DNA of 64,000 nt. Source: a virus. Numbering within the stretch: position 1 is the stretch's first letter; every line of letters starts with the position of its first letter. The stretch spans positions 101 through 64,100 of IMG/VR virus record IMGVR_UViG_3300002219_000599. One strand, 5' to 3'. Positions 26,535-34,897 of the stretch are shown piece by piece. The notes beneath the pieces are model-generated. The model worked only from the letters and a program-made list of their open reading frames with translations, ran no database searches and was not told the DNA's origin. The translations under genes and the position numbers were made by a program.

Positions 26535-27815
26535 ATGAATATACCGATTTTCTCCAAGCTTATCAAAGCAAGAGACAAGCCTACCGACTACTACACGGGT
26601 TCGGATTACACCTTTTTATTCGGGCCAACCACAAGCGGAAAGAGTGTGAATGAGTTTACAGCCATGCAGACCACGGCGGTTTATTCATGTGTGCGTATTT
26701 TGTCGGAAGCCCTTGCTTCCCTGCCACTTCATATTTACCGCTACAAAGCAAACGGCAAGGAGCGTGTATATGACCATCCGTTATACCACATCCTCCACGA
26801 TGAGCCGAACAGCGAAATGACCTCATTTGTGTTCAGGGAAACCCTCATGAGCCATCTGCTTATCTGGGGCAACGCCTATGCACAGGTCATCCGTGATGGG
26901 GCGGGGCGAGTAGTTGCCATTTATCCTCTGTTGCCGAACAAGGTGGATGTGAGCAGGGATAAGAACGGCGAGATTTACTACACATACACACGCACTTCTG
27001 ATGAGAACCCAAACTTCAAGGACTATGGAACAGTGGTATTGAGGAGGCAGGATGTCTTGCACATTCCCGGACTTGGCTTTGATGGCCTGGTAGGGTATTC
27101 GCCAATAGCGATGGCGAGAAATGCCGTGGGTATGACCCTTGCCTGTGAGGAATATGGCGCCAGCTTCTTTGCCAACGGGGCGAATCCGGGAGGTGTGCTT
27201 GAGCATCCGGGAGTCTTGAAAGATCCCAAAAAGGTGCGTGACTCCTGGAACAAGGTGTATCGAGGCACAACCAATGCCCATAAGGTTGCCGTGCTTGAGG
27301 AAGGGATGAAGTATCAGCAAATTGGCATCCCGCCGGAAGAAGCACAGTTTCTTGAAACACGAAAATTTCAGATTAACGAGATTGCAAGGCTTTACCGAAT
27401 CCCTCCACACATGGTGGGTGACCTTGAGAAATCAAGCTTCTCCAACATCGAGCAGCAGTCGCTTGAGTTTGTGAAGTACACACTTGATCCGTGGGTGATC
27501 CGATGGGAGCAGGCTCTGCAACGTTCTTTGCTACTGCCAAGGGAGAAGAACGAATATTTCATAAAGCTGAATGTGGACGGACTGCTCCGTGGCGATTACC
27601 AGAGCCGTATGAATGGATACTCGGTGGGAAGACAAAATGGCTGGCTTTCCGCAAATGACATTCGCGAGATGGAGGATATGAACCAAATCCCGGATGAAGA
27701 AGGAGGCAATCTTTATCTGATAAACGGAAACATGACAAAGCTGAAAGATGCCGGAGCCTTCGCCCAAAAGAATCAGCCTGCATCGGAGAGTGCAAAAAAT
27801 ACAGGAAGAAAGTGA
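26535..27815 (+). CDS. HK97-family portal protein
   Basis: AVYSCVRILSE, LLIWGNAYA, GLVGYSPI, EIARLYRIPPHMVG and SFSNIEQQ motifs. Confidence 0.95.
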   Translation: MNIPIFSKLIKARDKPTDYYTGSDYTFLFGPTTSGKSVNEFTAMQTTAVYSCVRILSEALASLPLHIYRYKANGKERVYDHPLYHILHDEPNSEMTSFVFRETLMSHLLIWGNAYAQVIRDGAGRVVAIYPLLPNKVDVSRDKNGEIYYTYTRTSDENPNFKDYGTVVLRRQDVLHIPGLGFDGLVGYSPIAMARNAVGMTLACEEYGASFFANGANPGGVLEHPGVLKDPKKVRDSWNKVYRGTTNAHKVAVLEEGMKYQQIGIPPEEAQFLETRKFQINEIARLYRIPPHMVGDLEKSSFSNIEQQSLEFVKYTLDPWVIRWEQALQRSLLLPREKNEYFIKLNVDGLLRGDYQSRMNGYSVGRQNGWLSANDIREMEDMNQIPDEEGGNLYLINGNMTKLKDAGAFAQKNQPASESAKNTGRK

Positions 27816-27824
27816 GGTTAACAG

Positions 27825-28520
27825 ATGAAACGTAAATTTTGGAACTGGGTCAGAAATGATGCCGGAAGAACCCTGTTTCTCAATGGGGAAATTTCGGATG
27901 AAACCTGGTTCGGCGATGAGGTGACTCCTCAGTTGTTCCGGGATGATCTGGAATCATGCCAAGGAGACATTACCGTATGGATCAATTCACCAGGCGGCGA
28001 TGTTTTTGCAGCCGCACAAATCTACAATATGCTGATGGACTACCAGGGCAATGTGAAAGTAAAGATTGATGGACTTGCTGCTTCAGCGGCTTCGGTCATA
28101 GCGATGGCTGGCACGGAGGTTTTGATGTCTCCAGTGGCCATGATGATGATCCACAACCCTATGACGGTTGCCATCGGCGATTCCAGTGAGATGCAGAAAG
28201 CAAGCGAGATGCTCGCCGAAGTTAAGGAAAGCATTATGAACGCCTATGAAATCAAGACAGGACTTTCAAGGTCCAAGATTTCGCATTTGATGGATGCCGA
28301 GTCCTGGTTCAATGCCAAGAAGGCAGTGGAACTGGGCTTTGCAGATAAAATCCTGTTTGACAGCGATGAGGAGGATGAACAGAACGAGCCTTTGGAAGCC
28401 ATGATGTTTTCACGTACGGCGGTGACCAACTCCCTGCTCTCGAAATTTATCCCGCCGAAGCCGGAGAACAAAACACCTATTGAGCAGCTCGAAAAAAGAC
28501 TGAGCCTTCTGGCTCACTAA
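27825..28520 (+). CDS. ClpP/S14-family prohead protease
   Basis: INSPGGDVF, GLAASAAS, MMIHNP and AVELGFAD motifs. Confidence 0.92.
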   Translation: MKRKFWNWVRNDAGRTLFLNGEISDETWFGDEVTPQLFRDDLESCQGDITVWINSPGGDVFAAAQIYNMLMDYQGNVKVKIDGLAASAASVIAMAGTEVLMSPVAMMMIHNPMTVAIGDSSEMQKASEMLAEVKESIMNAYEIKTGLSRSKISHLMDAESWFNAKKAVELGFADKILFDSDEEDEQNEPLEAMMFSRTAVTNSLLSKFIPPKPENKTPIEQLEKRLSLLAH

Positions 28521-28538
28521 TTAAGGAGGATAACTTAT

Positions 28539-28934
28539 ATGAACACTATTCTTGAACTTAGAGAAAAACGTGCAAAAGCGTGGGAATCCGCAAAGGGATT
28601 CCTGGACAGCAAAAGAGGTACGGACGGTTTGCTCTCTGCCGCAGATACCGCAACCTATGACAAAATGGAAGCCGATGTTGTGAATCTCGGCAAGGAAATC
28701 GAACGTCTGGAGCGCCAGGCTGCAATCGATGCAGAACTTTCCAGGCCCACAGCCTCACCGATCACCAATCAGCCGGGAGCGAATCCTGCAGGAGAGATGA
28801 AAAAAGGCCGTGCAGCGGATGCGTATAGACAGGCTTTCTGGAAAGCCATGAGAAACAAGAACAGCTACGATGTGCAAAATGCGCTTCAGATAGGAACGGA
28901 TTCTGAAGGGGGCTATCTGGTTCCTGATGAATTT
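28539..28934 (+). CDS. Major capsid protein (HK97 fold), exon 1
   Basis: Coiled-coil delta domain, ends GTDSEGGYLVPDEF immediately before the intron start GTGCG. Confidence 0.9.
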
Positions 28935-31398
28935 GTGCGCCCAGATAGGGCAATGTTCACAGTAGCTTAAGGTACTATACCGCACGATAGAGCGGTAGTC
29001 AACCTGCCTTACCGTCAGGGGAAACCCAGAGACGGGAACACAGCACGGCAGGAAAGCGGAGAACGCCGAAAGGATATGTAGGCGATTGGTATCCGCAATG
29101 ACAAGATGGTATGAGGATAAGGCTGGGTTTGCCAAAGCAAAGGTCAGTTCCTTTTTCTGGGAAGGTCGCGGAAAATTATCCTGAAACCGCGGTCACGGTA
29201 CTTATGGGTTTTGAATTCGTCCATAAGTCTATCAAATAACCGTGAAACAGTCGTGAGAACACGTACTTAAAGGCTGAAATGCTATCCGACAACCATCATA
29301 CCTATGAACATTGTTAACTGGGGATTGCCTAAATGAGAGCGCCCTCATATGAAGGGCTATGGTATGAGAACCTGAAAATCTCACATGGCAACGGAGCTTC
29401 CGTAGTAGTCCGGGGTGGATAATGACCACTACATGGCGAAGGGAAGCAGTTTGCTAATTCCGAAATTATAAGATGAAAGGGAGGAGAAGCCTCATGAAAC
29501 CAACATCGGAAATTTTGGAGCGTATCAACAAGAGCTCCAGTGAAAACAGTGATGGAGTTTTTACAAGACTTTATCGCTACCTCTTAAGAGAGGACATCTA
29601 TTACGCTGCCTACCAAAAGCTCTATGCCAATAAAGGTGCAGTAACACCAGGAACGGACAAGGATACTGCGGACGGGTTCGGAAGCGAGTATATCTTGACG
29701 CTGACTAAAGAGTTAGCAGATGGGACGTACAAGCCCAAGCCTGTCAGAAGACAGTATATCCCGAAAGCTAATGGTAAAATGCGTCCTTTAGGTATCCCGT
29801 CATTTAGGGATAAGCTGTTACAGGAAGCAGTACGGATGATACTGGAAGCAATCTATGAACCGTTATTCTATGAGCAATCGCATGGATTTAGACCTGCGCG
29901 TAGCTGCCATACAGCGCTTGACCAGATTAAGGTCAATTTCCGCAGTGTAAAGTGGTTTATTGAAGGCGACATTAAGGGTTGTTTCGACAATATAGAACAT
30001 GAAGTGCTTATTTCTCTACTGGAGAAAAAGATAAAGGACAGCAAGTTTATAAATATAATCCGTATATTTCTAAAAGCGGGTTATATGGAAAACATGGTAT
30101 ACAATGCAACCATTTCTGGTACACCTCAAGGTGGCATTGTATCTCCAATACTGGCTAACATATATCTGCATGAATTGGACCGAAAAGTCGGAGAACTCAA
30201 GATGGAGTTTGACAGACCAGCGCCACGCAACAAGACAGTGGAGTATTCTAGGTTGGCAAAGCGACGCCAGACCTTACAGAAGAAGATTGAAAAAGCGTCA
30301 GGGGAAGAACGCAAGGCTCTTATGGTGGAATACCGGCAGGTGTGTCAGCAGAAGTTGCATACGCCGGCTAGACTTCCAGAGGACAAAAAGCTCGTCTATT
30401 GCAGATACGCCGATGACTTCCTTATTGGAATCAGCGGCAGCCGAGAGGACTGTGAACAAATCAAGCAGGAATTGAAAGCCTTTCTGCAAGAAGAGCTGCA
30501 CCTTGAGCTGAGTGATGAAAAGACTAAAATCACGCATAGTTCAGAAAGAGTGCGTTTCCTCGGTTATGACATATCGGTCAGACGCAGTCAGGAAGTCAAG
30601 AAACGTAAGGATGGATATAAACAGCGAACGCTTAATAATTCTGTGGAATTGACGGTTCCTCTGGAAGATAAGGTCATGAAATACTTGTACCAGAATGGTG
30701 TGATTGAGCAACGCTCAAATGGGGAGATATGGCCAATCTGTATCCCTCAATTACGCTATAAGCCGGAAGTGGAAATAGTAAAAAGGTATGATGCACAAGT
30801 ACGTGGCATTTGCAATTACTATTGCCTGGCAGCTAATTATGGCATGCTGAAATATTTCAGGTATCTGATGGAATATAGCTGTCTCAAAACGATTGCCAGC
30901 AAAACCAATAGCACAACGGCAAAAGTGCTCAAAAAATACCATATGGCGGATGGATGGGGTATCCCGTATGAAACCAAAAGCGGAAAGCGAACAGCCCATT
31001 TCGCCAAGTTATCTGACTGCAAAGTAGGCAAGTATATGATTGACCACGACCCTTGGAAATATAAATCCTATGAAGAGCGGGGACTGACAGTTCGGCAGCG
31101 CCTAGAAAAAGGCGTATGTGAGCTGTGCGGAAAGCATAGTGCGAATCTGCAAGTATATCATGCAGGAAGCATGAAGAAACTCTGTAAGGATACCGCATGG
31201 GGTCAGCTAATGCTCAATCTTAAACGAAAGACTCTTGTAGTGTGTGAGGAATGTCACGCGAAAATTCACAAGGGCAATAGTTGATATGTTAATAGCAAAT
31301 GGAAAGCCGGATACATCGAGAGGTGTACGTCCGGTTTGGGAGGGGGTATAGGCAAACCTGCTGCTGAAAGGCGGTAAGGCGGCTTATACCTACCTCAC
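28935..31398 (+). mobile_element. Group IIA intron (Ll.LtrB-like) inserted in the major capsid gene
   Basis: 5' end GTGCGCCCAGATAGGG; domain V AAGCCGGATACA...TGTACGTCCGGTTT at about 31304-31337; domain VI with bulged A near 31392; 3' end CTACCTCAC; removal restores the capsid frame. Confidence 0.93.
29494..31284 (+). CDS. ltrA: Group II intron reverse transcriptase/maturase
   Basis: RPLGIP, GFRPARSCH, EGDIKGCFD, GTPQGGIVSPILAN and RYADD; maturase X region; C-terminal CELC...CEECH. Confidence 0.93.
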   Translation: MKPTSEILERINKSSSENSDGVFTRLYRYLLREDIYYAAYQKLYANKGAVTPGTDKDTADGFGSEYILTLTKELADGTYKPKPVRRQYIPKANGKMRPLGIPSFRDKLLQEAVRMILEAIYEPLFYEQSHGFRPARSCHTALDQIKVNFRSVKWFIEGDIKGCFDNIEHEVLISLLEKKIKDSKFINIIRIFLKAGYMENMVYNATISGTPQGGIVSPILANIYLHELDRKVGELKMEFDRPAPRNKTVEYSRLAKRRQTLQKKIEKASGEERKALMVEYRQVCQQKLHTPARLPEDKKLVYCRYADDFLIGISGSREDCEQIKQELKAFLQEELHLELSDEKTKITHSSERVRFLGYDISVRRSQEVKKRKDGYKQRTLNNSVELTVPLEDKVMKYLYQNGVIEQRSNGEIWPICIPQLRYKPEVEIVKRYDAQVRGICNYYCLAANYGMLKYFRYLMEYSCLKTIASKTNSTTAKVLKKYHMADGWGIPYETKSGKRTAHFAKLSDCKVGKYMIDHDPWKYKSYEERGLTVRQRLEKGVCELCGKHSANLQVYHAGSMKKLCKDTAWGQLMLNLKRKTLVVCEECHAKIHKGNS

Positions 31399-32202
31399 GA
31401 AAGAACACTTATCGAAAGTCTGCAGGAAGAGAATATCTTCAGAACGATGGCCAAGGTCATCACCACATCTTCTGGAGATAGAAAAATCCCGGTTGTCGCA
31501 TCCAAGGGAACGGCGTCATGGGTAGATGAAGAAGGACAAATCCCAGAAGCGGATGATGCTTTCGGGCAGGTTTCAATCGGCGCTTACAAATTAGCCACTA
31601 TGATTAAGGTTTCAGAAGAACTCCTTAATGATAGTGTTTTTAATTTGGAGAGTTATATTGCAAAGGAATTTGCAAGAAGAATCGGGGCAAAGGAAGAGGA
31701 AGCCTTCTTTATTGGAGATGGCACAGGAAAACCTACCGGTATTTTCAATGCCACCGGAGGGGCAGAACTTGGCATCACTGCGGCTTCAGCGACAGCAATC
31801 ACAATTGATGAGGTCATGGATTTGTTCTACAGCTTGAAATCGCCTTACAGAAAGAACGCAATATTTGTCATGAACGATGCAACGGTCAAGGCCATCAGAA
31901 AACTGAAGGATGGAAACGGACAGTACATTTGGCAGCCATCAATCCAGGCAGGGCAGCCGGATACTATCTTAAACAGACCGGTTAAGACATCTGTATATGT
32001 ACCTACGATTGCCTCAGGAGCAAAGTCCATCGCTTTCGGTGATTTTGGCTACTACTGGGTAGCTGATAGGCAGGGCAGGTCCTTCCAGAGACTGAATGAG
32101 CTATATGCAGCAACAGGTCAGGTGGGCTTTAAGGCAACACAGAGAGTTGACGGAAAACTGATCCTGCCAGAAGCCATCAAGGTGCTTCAGCAGAAAGCGT
32201 AG
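31399..32202 (+). CDS. Major capsid protein, exon 2
   Basis: Starts ERTLIESLQEENIFRTMAK in frame with exon 1; KVSEELLNDS and FGDF motifs; spliced product 399 aa. Confidence 0.9.
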   Translation, partial: ERTLIESLQEENIFRTMAKVITTSSGDRKIPVVASKGTASWVDEEGQIPEADDAFGQVSIGAYKLATMIKVSEELLNDSVFNLESYIAKEFARRIGAKEEEAFFIGDGTGKPTGIFNATGGAELGITAASATAITIDEVMDLFYSLKSPYRKNAIFVMNDATVKAIRKLKDGNGQYIWQPSIQAGQPDTILNRPVKTSVYVPTIASGAKSIAFGDFGYYWVADRQGRSFQRLNELYAATGQVGFKATQRVDGKLILPEAIKVLQQKA

Positions 32203-32212
32203 GTGAAAGAGT

Positions 32213-32434
32213 ATGAGTAACGTCAAAAACTATACAGAACAAGGCGGAGAAAAAACCGTAATAGGTGGAACGCTTGAAATTGCGGAGGGTGGCCAGGTAA
32301 TTGGGCTGCCCTCGGCTTTTACCCCGGCTGTGTTTCAAGCGGACAGTGTTGCGACTACAATTGCAGGACTGGTTGTTGATTTTAATGCACTGCTTGCAAA
32401 GCTTAAAGCGGCAGGGCTTATGGCTTCTGAATAA
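32213..32434 (+). CDS. Head fiber/decoration-like small protein
   Basis: KNYTEQGGEKTVIGG...DFNALLAKLKAAGLM. Confidence 0.65.
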   Translation: MSNVKNYTEQGGEKTVIGGTLEIAEGGQVIGLPSAFTPAVFQADSVATTIAGLVVDFNALLAKLKAAGLMASE

Positions 32435-32443
32435 TGAGGGGAG

Positions 32444-32728
32444 GTGGGCGTATTGATCATTACACTCGAAGAAGCAAAACTTTATTTGAAGGTTGACGGT
32501 GATGAGGACAATACGCTCATCACCTCCTGCATCAATGCGGCTGAGGAGCTTTGCGAGGATATCCTGCGTTTTCCGGTTACTGAGTTTATTGAGGTCCCGG
32601 AAACAGTGAAGCAGGCGGCACTTTACGCTGTGGGGAATCTGTACGAGCAGCGTGAAACCTTGGATATGAAGGAAATGATTGAGCTGATGACGCGGCTGCT
32701 TTTCGCCTACCGCAGAGAGGGGTGGTAA
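32444..32728 (+). CDS. Head-tail connector (HK97 gp6-like)
   Basis: TLEEAKLYLKVD...LYEQRE. Confidence 0.85.
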   Translation: MGVLIITLEEAKLYLKVDGDEDNTLITSCINAAEELCEDILRFPVTEFIEVPETVKQAALYAVGNLYEQRETLDMKEMIELMTRLLFAYRREGW

Positions 32729-33057
32729 GCGTGAGCATCGGGAAGATGAGACATCGAATCACCTTTCAAAGGATTACTCCAGTGATAAACGAAAACGGCT
32801 TTGAGAGCGAGATGCAAGAGGAATACAAAACCGTATGGGCGGCAGTCACAAATCTTCATGGCAAGGAATACTTCGAAGCCAAAGCTGTCCAGGCAGAAAA
32901 CACCGTCAAATTCACCTTCCGCTATTTGGCAGGCATCGACCAGATGATGAAGATTCTGTTTCAAGGGAAAGCCTACAACATCACAGCCATTGACAACATC
33001 AAGTACAAGAATCGGTATATCGAGATTCAGGCGATGGAGGTGGAGTCAGATGGCTAG
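32722..33057 (+). CDS. Head closure / head-tail adaptor
   Basis: IGKMRHRITFQ...VWAAV...GKEYF; gene order. Confidence 0.85.
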   Translation: MVSVSIGKMRHRITFQRITPVINENGFESEMQEEYKTVWAAVTNLHGKEYFEAKAVQAENTVKFTFRYLAGIDQMMKILFQGKAYNITAIDNIKYKNRYIEIQAMEVESDG

Positions 33058-33448
33058 GATTGAGCTGGAAGGCATGCAGGAGCTTATCGATAAAGTAAAC
33101 AAGTTGGGAAGCCGGGGAACAGAGATCAAAAAGAAGGCGCTGGATAAGGCTGGAGCCATGGTCAAAAGCAGCATGGAAGAAAAAGCGCCGAGATCAGAAC
33201 TAACTAAAAGACACATGGCAGACAACATCAAGGTGTCGGAGATTGAAAGCGAAGATGGCGTGGACTTTGTCAAGATTGGACCCAACAAGGGTGACAATTC
33301 GGAGTTCTTCTATTCAAAGTTTACTGAATGGGGAACATCGAAGATTCCTGCGCAGCATTGGGCTGAGAACTCGGTATTGGAGAACAAGAAGAAAATCAAT
33401 GAGGTAATCAAGGAGGAACTGGAAAGGGGGCTTGGTGAGCTTGATTAA
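33050..33448 (+). CDS. HK97 gp10-like neck protein
   Basis: LEGMQEL...KAPR...FTEWGTSKIPAQHW; RBS GGAGGTG. Confidence 0.82.
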   Translation: MARIELEGMQELIDKVNKLGSRGTEIKKKALDKAGAMVKSSMEEKAPRSELTKRHMADNIKVSEIESEDGVDFVKIGPNKGDNSEFFYSKFTEWGTSKIPAQHWAENSVLENKKKINEVIKEELERGLGELD

Positions 33449-33776
33449 TAAACTGGTCATAGATACATTAAAGCCCCTTGGCGTTCCGGTAGGATTTCAG
33501 AAATATTCCGGAGCAGATACAACCTACATTACATTTCACGAATACCTTCAGACCGGTGAGGAATTTGAGGAGGATGAGGAAGCGTTCACCGGGCATTATG
33601 TTCAAGTGGATATCTGGTCTAAAGCGGATTACACCGCATTAGCCACGCATATAAAGACGCTGCTAATTGCGGCGGGCTTCAAAAGACTGGATGAAGCGGA
33701 TTTTTACGAACCGGATACGGGTCTCTATCATAAGGGACTTAAATTTTATTATTTAGAATCAAAGGAGGTCCACTAA
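33432..33776 (+). CDS. Tail terminator/completion protein
   Basis: YITF...VQVDIWSK...GF; gene order. Confidence 0.72.
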   Translation: MVSLINKLVIDTLKPLGVPVGFQKYSGADTTYITFHEYLQTGEEFEEDEEAFTGHYVQVDIWSKADYTALATHIKTLLIAAGFKRLDEADFYEPDTGLYHKGLKFYYLESKEVH

Positions 33777-34349
33777 ATGGCAAGACAAATTGGATTAAGG
33801 GACATACACATTGCGCTGCTCACTGATGATGACGAGACAGGCGCAACCTATGCGACACCAAGCAAGCTGGAAAGGGCGGTCAGCGCTAAGCTTTCGCCAA
33901 AAGTGAATTCGGAAAACATCTATTCAGACGATACAGTGGAGGACATTATTGCAGCCTTCGACAGCGTCGATGTGGAAATCGAGCTCAATCAGCTGTCACT
34001 TGCAAGCAGGGCAACCCTGCAGGGCGCGAAGGTAGTCAAGGGAGTTCTCATTGAAAGCAAGGAGGATATCGCTCCAACACTGGCTTTAGGGTTTAAATCC
34101 AAGAAGCACAATGGTAAATACCGCTATGTGTGGCTGCTCAAAGGCAAATTCGAGCTGGCAACAGATGAGTATGATACCGAGGCAGAAAAGCCATCGCCGA
34201 AAAGTGCAAAACTCAAAGGTACATTCTTTTCCAGAGATTTTGACGGCAACTTCAGATTTATCGCCGATGAAGATGAAACAGGAATTGACCCAACCATTAT
34301 TGCGGGTTGGTTTACTGCAGTACCGGCAGAGCCAACGCCTGCTGTGTAA
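33777..34349 (+). CDS. Major tail tube protein (phi13-like)
   Basis: IGLRDIHIA, IYSDD and YRYVWLLKGKF motifs. Confidence 0.85.
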   Translation: MARQIGLRDIHIALLTDDDETGATYATPSKLERAVSAKLSPKVNSENIYSDDTVEDIIAAFDSVDVEIELNQLSLASRATLQGAKVVKGVLIESKEDIAPTLALGFKSKKHNGKYRYVWLLKGKFELATDEYDTEAEKPSPKSAKLKGTFFSRDFDGNFRFIADEDETGIDPTIIAGWFTAVPAEPTPAV

Positions 34350-34365
34350 GAAGGAGTGATGATAC

Positions 34366-34701
34366 TTGAAAGCTGCTGAACTGAAGAACAAAGGAATTAA
34401 ATTTAAACTGGGAGATAAAGAATACGAGCTGAAGCTAGACATGAACACCTTCTGCGAATTGGAGGAAGTCTATGGGGATCTTAACAAAGCCTTTGATGAT
34501 TTGCAGAGCATGAAGCTGAAAGCGGTCAGGGCGCTTATCTATGCCGCAGTGAAGGTTGTGGATGAAGAGATAACCTTAAAAACCGTGGGCGAGCAGTTAG
34601 GCTTGAATGATTTAGAAAGGCTGGGAACTGCCATCAACGGAGCGCTAAGTAAAGCAATGCCGGAGGCGGAAGATGCCCAGGGGGAAGCGAAAGCCACTTA
34701 A
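34366..34701 (+). CDS. Tail assembly chaperone (gpG-like)
   Basis: Position between tail tube and tape measure genes; ends at slippery sequence GGGGGAA. Confidence 0.8.
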   Translation: MKAAELKNKGIKFKLGDKEYELKLDMNTFCELEEVYGDLNKAFDDLQSMKLKAVRALIYAAVKVVDEEITLKTVGEQLGLNDLERLGTAINGALSKAMPEAEDAQGEAKAT

Positions 34702-34883
34702 GTTCCGATACATGGGACTGGGAGTGGCTTTTCTATTTAGGGACCAATCTTCTTCAAATGAGCGAGGAGCAGTTCTGGAATAGTACCCCGAAAAAGCTGC
34801 AGGCGCTATTTAAGGTTTATAAGACAGTCAACGGAATCGATGAGCAGAGTTCCTTTGATACCATTGACAATATTCTGTTCTAG
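34680..34883 (+). CDS. gpT-like -1 frameshift extension of the tail chaperone
   Basis: -1 frame open from GGGGGAA (34680-34686): SESHLSSDTWDWEWLFYLGTNLLQMSEEQFWNSTPKKL...ILF stop at 34883. Confidence 0.7.
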   Translation, partial: GGSESHLSSDTWDWEWLFYLGTNLLQMSEEQFWNSTPKKLQALFKVYKTVNGIDEQSSFDTIDNILF

Positions 34884-34897
34884 AGGAGGTGAGATGA

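Noticed and set aside
28935..28970. 143-aa ORF 28539-28970 and ORF 31447-32202 as separate scaffold and capsid genes
   Set aside because: The last 11 residues of the first ORF are intron sequence; splicing joins both into one typical capsid protein
29494..31284. Reverse transcriptase as part of a diversity-generating retroelement or retron
   Set aside because: It has maturase and En-type domains and lies within clear group II intron ends and domains V/VI; I saw no adenine-mismatched TR/VR pair or avd-like gene
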